NCBI RefSeq assembly: GCF_009914755.1
Contig: NC_060939.1
DNA: 64,000 bases
Source of the DNA: the human T2T-CHM13v2.0 reference genome, Homo sapiens
Direction: 5' to 3' (one strand)
Below are positions 14,805-29,489 of the stretch, piece after piece (position 1 is the first letter of the stretch; the number at the start of each line of letters is the position of its first letter). The notes beneath the pieces are model-generated. The model was given only the letters and a program-made list of their open reading frames with translations, was not told the DNA's origin and did no database searches. The translations under genes and the position numbers were made by a program.

Positions 14805-16033
14805 TTTTTTAGAATTTTATATTTAATTGACAATAAGTAAAAATGATTGTGTACATCACATACACTGTGATGTCTATATACATGTGTACATTGTGGAATG
14901 ATCAAATCAAGCTAATTAACATGTCTATCACCTCACATACTCATTTGTGGTGAGAAAACTTAAAATCTATTCCCTTCACATTTTCAAATATACATTATTA
15001 TTAACTACAGTCACCATGCTGTGCAATCGATCAGCAGTACTTATTCCTCCAGTCTAACTAAAACTTTGCACCCATTTACCAATGTCTCCCCTTTGCTTTT
15101 CACCCCACTCCCCCCACCCCTGGTAACCATCATTCTACTCTCAACTTCTATGAGTTCAACTTTTTTATATTCCAGATACAAGTGAGACCATGTGGTATTT
15201 GTCTTCCTGTGCCTGTCTTATTTTACTTAGTGTAATGTCCTCTAGATTCATTTATGTTGATGCAAATGACAGAATTTCCTGTCCTTTTTGGGCTGAATAA
15301 TGTTCCATTGTGTGTGTGTGTGTGTGTGTGTGTGTATTTACCCCTTCATCCATATTGAACACTTAGGTTGTTTCTGTATCTTGGCTATTGTGAATAATGC
15401 TGCAATGGACATGGGAGTGCACATAACTCTTCAGCATACTGATTTCATTTTGTTGGGATATATACCCAGAAGTGGGATTGCTGGATTATATGGTAATTCA
15501 TTTCTATTTGTTTGAGAAATCTTCATAATGTTTTCCAAAATGGCTGTAATGACTTATATTCTCATCAACAGAGTGCAAGGGTTCCCTTTGCTTCACATCC
15601 TTGCCAACACTTGCCATCTTTCATCTTTTTGGTAATAGGCATTCTAACAGGTGTCATTATTGTTTTTATAAATTGCATTTCCCTGATAATTTTTGTACTT
15701 AAGCATTTTTTATATATCTATTTGCCATTTGTATGTCTTTTCTTGAGAACTGTCTATTCATGTACTTTGTTTATTTTTAAATAGGGTTATTTGCTTTCTT
15801 GTTATTGAGTAATTTGAGTCTCTTATATATTTTAGATATTAACTCCTCATGAGATGGGTTATATGTAATTTTTTTTTCCCAATCTATGGGTTGTCTCTTC
15901 ATTCTACTGATTTTTTTCCTTTGCTGTGCTGATGCTGTTTAGTTTGATGTAATCCCATTTGTCTATTTTTGTTTTTGTTGCCTGTGCCTTTGTGGTCATA
16001 TCGAATAAATCACTGCCTAAACCAATGCCATGG
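14805..16033 (-). mobile_element. L1MA-type 3' end
   Basis: 3'UTR motif tgtggaatgatcaaatcaagctaattaacat, followed by the ORF2 end. Confidence 0.8.
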
Positions 16034-16298
16034 GTATTTGGGCTCTTTTTTGGTTCCATATAAATTTTAAAATATTTTTTCTAGTTCTGTGAAGAATATC
16101 ATTGGTGGTTTGATAGGAATAGCATTGAATCTGTAAATCACTTTGGGCAGTATAGCCATTTTAATGACATTGATTTTTCCTATTAATGAGCATGGGATGT
16201 TTTTCCATTTGTTTGTGTCTTCTCTGATTTCTTTGAGCAGTGTTTTGTAATTCTCATTGTAGAGATCTTTCACCTTCCTGGTTAGCTGTATTCCTGGG

Positions 16299-16332
<34 letters not shown>

Positions 16333-16462
16333 CAATTGTGAATGGGATTTCCTTTTTGATTTAGCTCTCAGTTTAGTTGTTGTTGGTGTATACAAATGCT
16401 AGTGCTTTTTGTACATTGATTTTATAGCCTGCAACATTGCTGAAGTTGTTTATCAGCTGAAG
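16034..16462 (-). mobile_element. L1 ORF2 fragment containing a (GT)n run at 16301-16331
   Basis: ORF track [29 protein letters not shown]...; abuts the L1MA piece with a jump in consensus position. Confidence 0.85.
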
Positions 16463-19129
16463 TTGATACTGATTTTAATGATAAAAAATTCCTCCAATAT
16501 ATGATAAATCTAGACAATAGGTTTTATTGTATTTTTTGAGATTGTATATGTTTCTTTTATATTTCCTGTTTGATCACAGTATTTAAAATATTTTAATACT
16601 ATTAAATGCAAAGTATTTTTTAAATTTTGTCATTAATTTCTACTTATATGTGATTTCTGATTAATACATTTGTATTATTCATTTTCTTGTAATGTGTCAA
16701 GTTTTTCCTTGTAGTCAACTACAACAAATTTTGTGAATATTCTATTTTTATTTGAAAAGACTGTGTGTGTGTTTATTACCTTCTTAATCATGCTCTTTTC
16801 ATTTTCTATATCTTTACTAATTTTTGTTGATTTTATTTGTCCTGGATTGAGAATCTGTGTTTTAGATTCTTCATTTTAGTGTATTTTTCTCTAAAGCATT
16901 TTTTAGTTTTATTTTCTCTTACAAACTTATTTTTATTTTTTCTTGAAGCTCTGTATTTTCTTCCTCATGAAGATTTTTGCTGCATTATTGAGGCTATAGA
17001 CATTAATATCTGGTGTTTTCTTTGAGTATTAAAGCTTTTAATATTATAAAGTGAACTAGAATCTATTATGATTTTATTCTGAAAGTAATCATGCTAGACA
17101 CTAATATTTTATTCTTCACTCTCTTCCTACTTCTCCATAGTTCATCATTGTCACGTTTTTATGTTTAGGCTTTCTGGATTTCATTGTTTTAGGTTTGTCT
17201 CGAGTGTTCTGGATAGGGTGAGTAAGCCTCTCTAACTTTTTAAATATTATCAATACGTTTGGCTTCAGTTCTCTTGTGGTCATTTCTATTTTTTTCTATC
17301 ACTTTTTATTATTTAAGTTTTATACTTTCGTTCAAATGCTCAAATTTTTATACTTACTTTTGTATGTAATGTTCTCATCTCTGTCCCCCAAATTTGGATA
17401 CGGTATATCGGTTCCCTACTATTAGCTATAATGAACTTTACCAGTCAACTCTTCTTCCTCCTTTTCTCCTTTTCCTCCAAGATTTAATGTGAAGTAAAAA
17501 TCTTTTATACCCATAGTTTTGTAGTTCAACTCTATCTTCTTTATGAGACATATACAATACCTTTTTCATTATGATGTTCATTTTATTTCAGTTTACCAGA
17601 AAAAAACAATATTAATTTACTACTCATGGCTAAATTTTTATGTTGGTGTCCTCCTTTTTTTTTAAATTATATGAAGCTTGCTTTCTAATAGATATTTCTC
17701 TTTTTAAGTTATCTCTTTAGTATTTGCTTGGCTAAATGTCATCTTACTGAAAACCAAAAACTAAATTCAAATTTTCACAAAAATAGCTAACCCCAGTAAT
17801 GATTTCTGTATCTGATGTTATATAGATTTTTATTGAGGGGAATTTCACTAGAATGGAAAGTTTTTTCTCTACACCCCAGAGTGTGATATCATTACTCATT
17901 TGTATCCACTCTTAATTTTCTTTCTAAGTTGGAGCTTGTCTTTTACTTGTGAACACTTTTATCACTTCCACTTGCCCTCACTCACTCTTTTCTCCCTTTG
18001 CCTCTTTTTAGCACTTCTCTTCAGGGTTTAGCTAAGTGCCACATGTGTTTGCAAAAATCTAAATCTTGGGAACACCTGGATATTTCTGCCTATGTAGGTG
18101 ATTGCCTTTTTTGTTGATTGCTTCTGGTGTGCTTTCTTGGTTCTCACTCTCCATCAAAGATTAGTTTTTCAAGTTATGAGTTCTTGGAGGAAGATGCTAC
18201 GTGAAACATAACTTTACCATCTTTAGCTGCAATCTTAATTCCACTTGATCACACAAATCTTGCTTTCCTATTTGTATTGACTATATCTCCTCTATGGTTT
18301 AACTTATGCATGTAAGGAATAGCAGTTCTGCCATTGCCTGTACAGAGATGAAAGTGTTCTTGATCTAAATGAGTGTTTTCAAGTCAGATGACTTTTTATA
18401 TTTATTTTCTAAAGAAATAATACAATATTTATCATTTAATAGTTTAAAAGTATATTAATATATCCCTACCATTACTTGAGAAAATGACATATGGAGATAA
18501 TTGTATCCCAATATGAAAATAAAGAGGTATGGATATTTTTTAGACATAAAATATGGGTAGGACATAAGTGGCCACAAATACTAAAGTGTTTCTTTTTCTA
18601 CTTACATTACAGTGTGAAAAAGTTAGTCTAGCACTAGATGAGTAAGAGTCAAATAAGACAATGATTAGGAAGACAGTGTCTGGGAAGCCAACATTCAAAG
18701 AGCTACTAAACTATAAATTAAGTCAAATTTCCCAATGCTTTAATAGTAAATTGATACTCTATCAAATAATCATATCTTATTAATAAAGCAGCATCATTAC
18801 AACTGAAAAAATTATGCAAGAGTAAAATGAATCATTTGTGACTTTCTGAGAAAAACATATTTTGGTTATCTTTAGAAGAAAACAATTGATCTGCAGTCGA
18901 ATTACCTTAGCAAAATAAATTTAAAATTAGATTTGGAGTCAGCTAACAATTGCGATTTGCATTTCAAAATAATTTGTTAGGAATTCAAAGTATATTATTT
19001 CATATAAGTTGAAATACAAATTGAGACATCTGCCAAATTTTACCTCAAAGATGGAGTAATTCATTGAATCATTTATGATTTGAAATACTGTTTTTTACCT
19101 TTTCTCAGGTTAACAAAAATCATGAGAAC

Positions 19130-19390
19130 TGCTTTATCGAACACCAATTTTTGCCAGGCTAAGCATTACATATGCATATACACAAATACACACACATACT
19201 GTGTATATTACATGTATGTACTCTCTACTTCACAAAAAATACTTGCAAGAAAATATTTATAAACCCATTTTACATGTGAAAAAATAGGCTCAAAAAGGTT
19301 GGTTACATTTCCCTCAGTTAAAGAGCTCATATACTGCAGAGGTGATAACCAAACCTGTTCCATCTATTCTACATCTTTCTGATGCTGCTC
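19130..19390 (-). mobile_element. MIR fragment
   Basis: cccattttacatgtgaaaaaataggctcaaaaaggtt. Confidence 0.6.
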
Positions 19391-20585
19391 TACGTTTTCA
19401 AACTTCAATATAAAAAATGGTTAGCAATTATATTTATATAGATATTTGCAGTGTGTGAAGGAGATGAGAAAACATTTAAATTAACTTAGAGTGATCTCAC
19501 TGACTTTTACTTTCAAGCACCTAGGATGTTCTCATGCAAATAGCTCTTGTCAATACATTTTTTTCATATAGCACTGAAGATAATGATGGATCATTTTCAA
19601 TTAAAAATCTAATGTCTCAGACAGACGGAATCATGAATCTACATTCTTTTAAGTTACAAGAAATAATATAATGAGATATGCATACAACACTACCAGTAAT
19701 AAGCCTGAGATATGGTAAATTTAGTGCAATAAGTTGTTCATAAATGTGTCTCTATGGAATAATAAAAGGTACAGAGAGAGACAATAGTAGGTGTACAAAA
19801 GATGCTCTTAACAGTCTTGTTTCAAAGTCCAGACCCTTTTGAGTAGTAAATAACTATAAATGACCTCCTATTTGAAAATAACAATTAGTTAGCTGAGTCT
19901 TATTATTTACAATTGTTTAGACTATTCCATCAATTTATCCTTTTACAGTGCTTTCCAATGTGTCTGCTAGAATATTTAGTGTTTTCCTTACTTCCTTTAT
20001 TGTCTCTCAATATAAATACCCCTTAATATGCTAAATACCTTCTCTTCTATTTTCATCAGAAGCTGATTCTCGAAGGAATGATACATACATTATCATCATC
20101 TTATTCAATTCCCATTCACTTTTCAACAGACTAAAATAAGAAATCCATATTCACTACTATTTTCAGGGATTGATATCGCTCTACTTTCCCTGACAATTGT
20201 TTCCACAACCCTGGAATTTCCTTCCTCCTTTTTATATTTCCACAAATTCTTTCACCACTCAGCTAGAACACTCACTTTCGTAGACCAAGAAACTTAGTTC
20301 AGTCATCAACTTGTCATTTTTTTTATGTGTCTTCTAGGGTAAACAAATTTTGTTAAGTATTAAGGAATTACTTGCTCAAGGGACATTTATTCTCTATTGT
20401 CCAAAAACTCTGAGTCCTAATTTGTTTGCTCTTCTAGTCACCTCTAATGACAGCCCTGTTGATATTTAGCTTAGAGGGTACTTTCTTAATTGAGCTGAAA
20501 TATATTAGAGAGAAAAACACACAAATCAAGGGCAAGTCAGAATGTAAAGTTGTTCCTAAAATGGCAGGACAATTATAGTAAAATA

Positions 20586-20962
<377 letters not shown>

Positions 20963-21164
20963 TTATCAAGGAGCTTAAGTACTGAATCTGAAAGAAACTC
21001 CAGCTTTATTTACAGTGAATACTGTAAATAAGACATTTTCTATATTATTATAACAAATTTTTGTAAGTATATTTTTCTTATTTATAATTCAGTATTTTTG
21101 TATTAAGGTGCATTGATTAATGATAATTTACTTTCTATCTCAATTATGAAGATGTATAATTTCT

Positions 21165-21893
21165 CTTTTTTTTCTCTTTTTTCTTTCCAATGTTTATTTT
21201 AAGTTCAGGGATACATGTGCAGGATGTGCATGTTTATTACATAGATAAACATGTGCCATGGTGGTTTGCTGCACAGATCATCCCATCAACCAGGTATTAA
21301 GCCCAGCATGCATTAGCTATTCCTCCTGATGCTCCTCCTCCTCCCAGCCCCATCCTCTGACAAGCCCTAGTTTGTGTTTTTTCTTATCATGTGTCCATGT
21401 GTTCTCATCATTCAGCTCCCACTTATAAGTGAGAACACTTATTTTGTTTTCTGTTCCTGAATTAGTTTGCTAAGGATAATGGCCTCCAGCTCCATCCATG
21501 TTTCTGCAAAGGACACAATCCCATTCCTTTTCATTGCTGCATAGTATTCTGTGGTGTATATGTACCATATTTTCTTTATCCAGTCTATTATTGATGGGCA
21601 TTTGAATAAGAATGTAAGAATAACTTATATTCTTTTGGGTATATACCCAGTAATGAGACTGCTTGATTGAACGGCATTTCTGCTTCTAGGTCTTTGAGGA
21701 ATCACTATATTGTCTTCCACAATGGTTGAACTAATTTACACTCCCATAAACAGTGTAAAAGCATTCCTTTTTCTTCAGACCACGGCAGCATATGTTGTTT
21801 CTTGACTTTTCAATAATCGCCATTGTGACTGGTATGAGATGGTATTTTATTATGGTTTTGATATGCATTTCTCTAATGATTAGCAATGTTGAC
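21165..21893 (-). mobile_element. L1PA12/13-like 3' end (non-inverted part of a composite)
   Basis: T-rich tail, 3'UTR and ORF2 end. Confidence 0.85.
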
Positions 21894-21894
21894 C

Positions 21895-22939
21895 TTTAAA
21901 GCCAGAGTGGCTCCTTTCCTCCAAATGACCACAACACCTTTCCAGCAAGGGCTCAGAACTGGACTGAGGCTGAGATGGCTGAAATGACAGAAGCAGGCTT
22001 CAGAATGTGGATAAAAACAAACTTTGCTGAGCTAAAGGTATCTGTTGTAACCCAGTGCAAAAAAGCTAAGAATCAGGATAAAACAATGGAGGAACTGAAA
22101 GCCAAAATAGGTGCAATACAGAGGAACATGACCAACCTGATAGAGCTGAAAGACACACTACAAGAACTTCATAGTGCAATCACAGTATTAATAGCAGACT
22201 AGACCAAGAATATTAGAGGTTGAAGACTCTCTGTCTGAAATAAGACAGGCAGACAAGAATAGAGAGATAAGAATAAAACGGAATGAACAAAACGTTTGGA
22301 AAATATGGGATTATGTAAAGAGATGGAATCTACAACTAATTGCGGTACTTGAACGAGACAGGGAGAATGGAAGCGATTTGGAAAATATACTTCAGGATAC
22401 CATCAAGGACATCTTCCCCACCTAGCAAGACAAGCCAACATTCAACTTCAGAAAATGCAACAAACCCCAGTAAGATGCTCCATGAGAAGATCATCCCCAA
22501 GATACATAATCATCAGATTCTCCAAGGTCGACATGAAAGAAAAAATGGCAGCCAGAGAGAAAGGCCAGGTCACCTACAAATGAAAACCCATCAGACTACA
22601 GAGGACCTCTCGGGGGAAACCCTATAAACTAGAAGAGATAGGGGGGCCAATATTCAACATTCTTAAAGAAAGAATTTTCAACCTAGAATTTCACATATGG
22701 CCAAACTAAGCTTCACAAGCAAAGGAGAAATAAGATCCTTTTCAGACAAGCAAATGCTGAAGGAATTTATTACCACCAGACCTGCCTTATCAGAGCTCCT
22801 GAAGGAAGCACTAAATATGGACAGGAAAAACTGTTACCAGTCACTACAAAAACACACTGAAGTACACAGACCAGTGACACTATGAAGCAACTACATAAAC
22901 AAATCTGCAAAATAACCAACTAGCATCATGATAACAAGA
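21895..22939 (+). mobile_element. L1 ORF1 segment (inverted part of the composite)
   Basis: ORF1 peptides MAEMTEAGFRMWIKTNFAELK and AKLSFTSKGEIRSFSDKQMLKEFITTRPAL; ends at the ORF2 start. Confidence 0.85.
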
Positions 22940-23228
22940 TTTTTTTTTTTTTTTCTTAAGACAGGATCTCACTCTGTCACCCAGGCTGAGTGCAGTGGCA
23001 CAATCACGGCTCACAGCAGCCTCGACCTGTCAGGCTCAAGCGATCCTCAGCCTGCCAAGTAGCTGGAGCTACAGGCACATGTAATATGCCCAGCAAATTT
23101 TTGTACTTTCAGTAGAGATGGGGTCTTGCTATGTTGTACAGGCTGGTCTTGAACTCTTCAATTCAAGTGATCTGCTCACCTGGGCCCCACAAAGTGCTGG
23201 GATTACAGGCATAAGCCACTGTGCTCAG
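22940..23228 (-). mobile_element. AluJ
   Basis: J-type motifs cagcctcgacct and ggctcaagcgatcctc. Confidence 0.9.
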
Positions 23229-24299
23229 AAAGATGTACAATTTCTACTTGGCATTCTTACTGCCCTAATATTAATGAGTTTTTTTATTATGGGAAGAATT
23301 AAAATTTTGACATTGTGACGGGGCCTTCCTAAAGACCCAGAGCACTTCTGGATATTATTAGATAGAAAAATCTTTTGTAAATGATTATACAGTGAATAGG
23401 ATACTACACTGTCCATGACTTGGGGATTAAACTCCAAGAGAGGGTTTTGTGAAATGTGCATTATTTTGTGCTGAGGAGGTAGCAGCTTCATCATAGACCT
23501 GGTGCCCATCAGTCGGTTATTAGCCAAAGACATTCATGCCTTTCAGCCTCCCCATAAGCTCAGCTATTTACTAGTTACTCCATAAGCCCATTTCTCTCTT
23601 GTCAGCATTTAAAAAAAAAAAAACTTTATACTAGGTTTGCAATTAGTTGACTATAATATTACCAAGGAATCTGTCAGTAATTTATATAGTTGCTACTTAC
23701 CAATGTAATCACATTTGCCTCTCTAGTGTAACATTTAAAAGAATGAGACAAATAGTTTTGGTCACTTACAATGTACTTTTAGTTTTTAGTTCTTTATCTT
23801 TGTAACTTTTTTTATTGAAGCATAAAAAGAATTTGGAAAAATTCTCAAACACCAGGACATAGAATCACAGTAAATCACAATCTGCCCGACCCCATGATCC
23901 TTTTAGGCAATTAACTCCGATGACAACCACATTCTTACCTGAAACGATAGATAGATTTTGCTTGTCCTTGATATTATATTACTGGAATTATAAGATATGC
24001 ATGTTTTTTGCCTCTGGCTTATTTCATCAAAATCTTTGTGAATTTTATACAAATTTATGTGCATAGTTGTATTTTGTTTGTTTTCAGTTCCACAGAATAC
24101 AAATATACCACAATTCATAAACTCATTTTATTGCATACAGAGCGTAAGTGATAATTCTAGAAAATGTCCTTTGTTGAAGGTATGTACACATTTATGTTTG
24201 GTATGATTGCAAATATGAGACATATGGTATAAATATGTTCAATAGATACTATCAAAAAGTGTTCCAATGTGGTTTTTTTTTAATGAAACTCTCGGCAGA

Positions 24300-25537
24300 T
24301 TTAATTTTTTTAATTGTGGTAAAATATACTTAATATAAAATTTGTTATATTCAACTATTTTTATGTGTACAATTTATTGGCATCAATTACAACATAATGT
24401 TGTGCAACCATTACTACTATCTTTTTCCAAAAATTTCCTCACCTAAACAGAAACACTGTACCCATTAAGCAATATCTTTCCATTTCTGCCTTTCCCCTGG
24501 TAATCTCTTGTACATTCTTTTTCAATGAATTTGCCTTGTCTGGATAATTCATGTAAGTGGTATCATGTAATATTTTCCCAGGCAACTTACATCACTTAGC
24601 ACAGTATTTTCAAGGTTCATTCATGCGGTAGCATGTATCAGAACATCATTTCTTTCTCGGACTGAATAATATTCCATTGCATTCATATACCACATTTTCT
24701 TTATACATTCTTCTGTTGACGGACATTTGGGTTATTTCAATCTTTTGGCTATTGTAAATAATGCTGCAATGAACATTGGTATAAAAGTATCTGTTTGAGT
24801 CCCTGGGTATATATCTGAAAGTGGAATTACCAAGTTCTATGGTAATTGTGTAGAGGTATTTAGCTTTTTGAGACACCATCAAGCTATTTTTCACAGCAAC
24901 TGCACTATTTACACTTCCATCTGAAATTTATGAGTGTTCTAATTTCGGCACATCCTGGAAATTTGTTAGTTTCTTAATTAATTAAATATTTTTTATTATA
25001 ACCATATTAGTAGGCATGAAGTAATATCTCATTGATTATGATTTCCATTTCCCAAATGATTAATGATGTTGAGCATCTTTTCATATGCTTATTGTGCATT
25101 TATAAATATTATTTGAAGAAATGTAAACTTAAGCCAATTACAAAAATTTTATTGGATTGTCCCTTTGTTGTTGAATTGTAATTCTTTATATATTCTGGAT
25201 ATTGAATATTTATCAGATATATGATTTTCAAATATTTTCTCCCATCTTGTAGGTAGTCTTTTCACTTTCTTGATAATGTCCTTTGTTGCACATAAGATTC
25301 TAATTTTGTTAAATAATTTGTTAATTCTTTTGTTTCTTGTACTTTTGGTGTCATATCTAAGATTTCCTTGACAAATCTAAGGTTAAGAATATTTATCTGC
25401 ATGATTTCCTTTAAGAATTTTATGATTTTGTCTCTTATATTTAAGTCCTTGACCCATTTTGAGTTCATTTTTTAATACAGCTTAACTTTTTTTTTCTGCA
25501 TGTGGAAATTCAGTTACTGTAGCACCATTTGTTGAAG
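24300..25537 (-). mobile_element. L1MB-type 3' end
   Basis: 3' terminus ttaattgtggtaaaatatac; ORF2 peptide NSKWVKDLNIR. Confidence 0.8.
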
Positions 25538-27246
25538 CCAGCGGTAATTATGAGTGTTTCAATTATTCCACATTCTCATAAAGATGTAGTGTTCTCTGTG
25601 CTTCTATTTTTCTGTTATGTAAGGGTTTTATACTTTGGTTATAATTTGTATTTAAATGTACAATTATATTTACTGTGAAGGTCAGTACCCTTTCATATGT
25701 TTATTGGACATTTGGATGTCCTATTTTATAAAGTGCATGTTCTAGCATTTGTCTCACTTTTCAAATGTGAAATGCTAATTTGTTTATATATGTTGGATAA
25801 GAGGCTTTTGTGGCTTAATTTCTTATTCTCTTAATGGTGACTTTTGAAATTCTTAGTTGTATTATAATAAAATTTTTCATCTCTTTTCATTGTGATTAAT
25901 CCTTTTCGGTGTTAAATTTTTTTGCTAGCCCAAATTCATAAAGATATTTTTCTGTACTGTCTTCTAGCAGTGTTAATTTGTACATTTATATTTCCACTCA
26001 ATTTGTATTTATTTTGTATATAGTATAATATAGGAATCTATTAATAGATTCTTTTTTGAAAATATCAATAAACATATAAGTGGCCCAGCAGCAATTATTG
26101 AAAAGGCCATTTTTCTCTTATTGTACTCTAGTGTTTCACTTTCATGTATCAGGCAACTGTATGTATGTGCAACTGCTTTTAAATACACTTTTACATTTTT
26201 TTGATCAGCTTGTCTATACTTTTACCAATTTTACACTGTGCTAATTACTAGAGCGTTGCAATAAATCTTGATATAAATTGGAATGAGTCATTTAGCTTTC
26301 TTTTTCCTCTTAACATTGTTTGGCTATGTAAGACCCTTCATATTTCTAAACTAATATTGGAAAGAATTTGCCAACCTCAACAAAACAACAGAAAATTGTA
26401 CCTAGTTTTGATCGATATCACATTGGATCTAAATATTTAGAAAGAATTGTGATTTGTATAATGTTATGTATTTTCATAAAATCACATTGTATACCTGTAC
26501 TTGTACAGGTTTGTTGTACATATGTATGTCGTGTATGTATATACACAAAAATATATTCTGCTATTTCTTACAGCACAGTTTTGCAGCATTTGGTGTCAAT
26601 TTAAATATATTTTATTATAATTATTCTCAGTTATTTGATATTCTTAATTTTATTATGAATATTTTAAACTTTTATTTTCTAATTTTTATTGCATATAAGA
26701 AAAATTAATCTATATATTGACTTTTATACAACCAACATGCTAAATTTATTTATTGATTCCTATAGTTTGCCAATGGATGCTTTTGGATTTTCTATATATG
26801 TAATTGTATGATCTCTGAATAATGAGAGTTATTTCTTCCTTTGTAATCTTGTGGTCTTTATTTCTTTTTCTTTTATTACTACACTAAGTAGAACTTGTAA
26901 TATCATTAATAGAATTTGTAAGATCAGGGACACATGGCATTTCTGATGCCAAAGGAAATACATTCAACAATTCACTGTAACTATAAAATTTACAGTATGT
27001 TTTTGGTTAATATTCTTCGTCATATTGTATAAATTTCCATCTACTTACATATTATCATGAAACATATTGATGGTTGCTTAATTTTATCAAATATTCTTCC
27101 TAAATATATCAATAATATGTTTTCTTTTTATTAATATGTAATAAATTCTATTCATTGATTGAAAAATATTAAGCTGCTCTCACATTCCTGTAATAAACCT
27201 TAATTGGCTTTGTGATATATTATCAGTTTTCATAAATATATGAATA

Positions 27247-27690
27247 CAGTTGACCCTTTAACAACATAGGTTTGAGCTGCATGGGTCCACTTATATACAG
27301 ATTTTCTTTTTGCCACTGCCACACCTGAGACAGCAAAACCAAACCCTCCTCTGCCTTTTCCTCCTCAGCCTAGTCAATATGAAGACAATGAGGATAAAGA
27401 CCTTTCAAACGATTCCACTTCCACTTGATGAATAATAAATATATTTTATGTTCCTTATTTTTTTAATAAAATTTTCTTTTCTCTAGCTTGATTTATTGTA
27501 AGAATACAGTATATAATACATACAACATACAAAATATGTGTTAATCAACTGTTTATATTATCAGTAAGGCTTCTAGTCAACAGTATGCTATGAGTAGTTA
27601 CATTTTGGGGGAGTCAAAAGTTACGCACAAATTTTCAATTGCATGGATAGGTCAGCATCCCTAACCTTCACATTGTTCAAGGGTCAGTTG
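27247..27690. mobile_element. Tigger2a/MER28-type TcMar DNA transposon
   Basis: TIRs cagttgaccctttaacaa / ttgttcaagggtcagttg, with TA on both sides. Confidence 0.88.
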
Positions 27691-28150
27691 TAAAATGATT
27701 TCATCAGTGTTGGTAATACATTATTCTGTGATTTTTTTTCTACTGATGTTCTTGCCAAAGTTTACTATAAAGAATATGATAGCTTTAAAACAGGACATGT
27801 GAAGTGTTCTCATGCTTTTTATGTTCCCTAAAATACTTTTTGTAATATCAGTGCTATTTATTTTCTAAAAATTAGAAATAATTCATAGGGCACATCCTGT
27901 GTACCTCAAATTGTGTTGAGGGTATTAATGAATTCATTGTTTTACATATATATAGGACTATTTAGGCTTTCTATTTCTTCTTGAGTCTGTTTCAACAAGT
28001 TTCTCTTTTGTGATATATGCATATGTCATATAAAGTATCAAATATATTGGCCTGAAATATTTTTAATCTTGTTCTCTTTAATTTGTAAGAAAGACCTATA
28101 GTAATTATCCAGTTTTCATTAGTGATATTAGAATGTATTTCTTTATTTGA

Positions 28151-28668
28151 TTTTACTTTTTCTTTTTTTTTTTTATTATACTTTAAGTTTTAGGGTACAT
28201 GTGCACATTGTGCAGGTTAGTTACATATGTATACATGTGCCATGCTGGTGCCCTGCACCCACTAACTCGTCATCTAGCATTAGGTATATCTCCCAATGCT
28301 ATCCCTCCCCCCTCCCCCCACCCCACCACAGTCCCCAGAGTGTGATATTCCCCTTCCTGTGTCCATGTGATCTCATTGTTCAGTTCCCACCTATGAGTGA
28401 GAATATGCGGTGTTTGGTTTTTTGTTCTTGTGATAGTTTACTGAGAATGATGTTTTCCAATTTCATCCATGTCCCTACTACAAAGGACATGAACTCATCA
28501 TTTTTTATGGCTGCATAGTATTCCATGGTGTATATGTGCCACATTTTCTTAATCCAGTCTATCATTGTTGGACATTTGGGTTGGTTCCAAGTCTTTGCTA
28601 TTGTGAATAATGCCGCAATAAACATACGTGTGCATGTGTCTTTATAGCAGCATGATTTATAGTCCTTT
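28151..28668 (-). mobile_element. Young L1PA2-like 3' fragment
   Basis: 3'UTR cccactaactcgtcatctagcattagg (GAG form, not the L1HS ACA form); ORF2 C-terminus. Confidence 0.92.
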
Positions 28669-28846
28669 CAAACATAAAAAAATGGTAATTTTGTATATAT
28701 CCAGGAATCTACTATAATAATTATCAAGTCATGATCAATCTTGTTATTTTATCTATACTCCCACCCATTTTGAAACTGCATTGTCCATATTATTTTGAAT
28801 TAAATCCCATGAATCTTATGATTTCATTTATACATATGTTTGTGTG

Positions 28847-28990
28847 TTTTTTTTTTTTTTTGGCAGAGTCTCACTCACTCTGTTGCCCAAGCTGTAGCTA
28901 GAGTACAGTGGCATGATCTCAGCTCACTGGAACCTCTGCCTCCCAGGTTCAAGCAATTCTCCTGCCTCAGCCTCCCAAGAAGCTGGGATT
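28847..28990 (-). mobile_element. Alu right-arm fragment
   Basis: Poly-T through agctgggatt. Confidence 0.9.
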
Positions 28991-29143
28991 CTGGGAGTGG
29001 TGGCACATGCCTGTAATCCCAGCTACTCATGAGAATCACTTGAATCTGGAGGCAGAGGTTGCAGTGAGCCAAGATCGTGCCACTGCACCCCAGCCTAGGT
29101 GAAAAAGTGAGACTCCATCTTGAAAAAATAAATAAAAATAAAT
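28991..29143 (+). mobile_element. Alu right-arm fragment
   Basis: ctgggagtggtggcacatgcctgtaatcc through an A-rich tail. Confidence 0.9.
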
Positions 29144-29489
29144 ACATTAAAAAGTACGCAAATTCAACTTCCGGGGTGTTTGTCCATTTTCCTAACTTTT
29201 TAAAAAGTAATTCTTTTCTTGTGTTACTTTTTCCTCTGTCATCGTGGTAGTTAGTTAACACTAGTAGGACCCCATGGGTTATGCTTCAGTGTTTATGCCT
29301 TTTTGTAGTTATTTCCTCCTGAATCCAAGCTTAGCTTATAACTCAAAGACTTTAGAATAGAATATAGCAAAAATATTGCTGTGCAATCCTAGCCTAGGCT
29401 TTAACAAAGTATAAAACTTCTACTTATGAACTCTTAGAAGTCCTAAAGTTTCACATGAGAATTCTAGATGAAACTGTGTAAAGAAAAAA

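Larger units (their letters stand above)
23800..28140 (-). mobile_element. Ancient L1M array hosting an L1MB and a Tigger2a
   Basis: Degenerate L1 3'UTR/ORF2 motifs continue on both sides of the nested elements. Confidence 0.6.
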
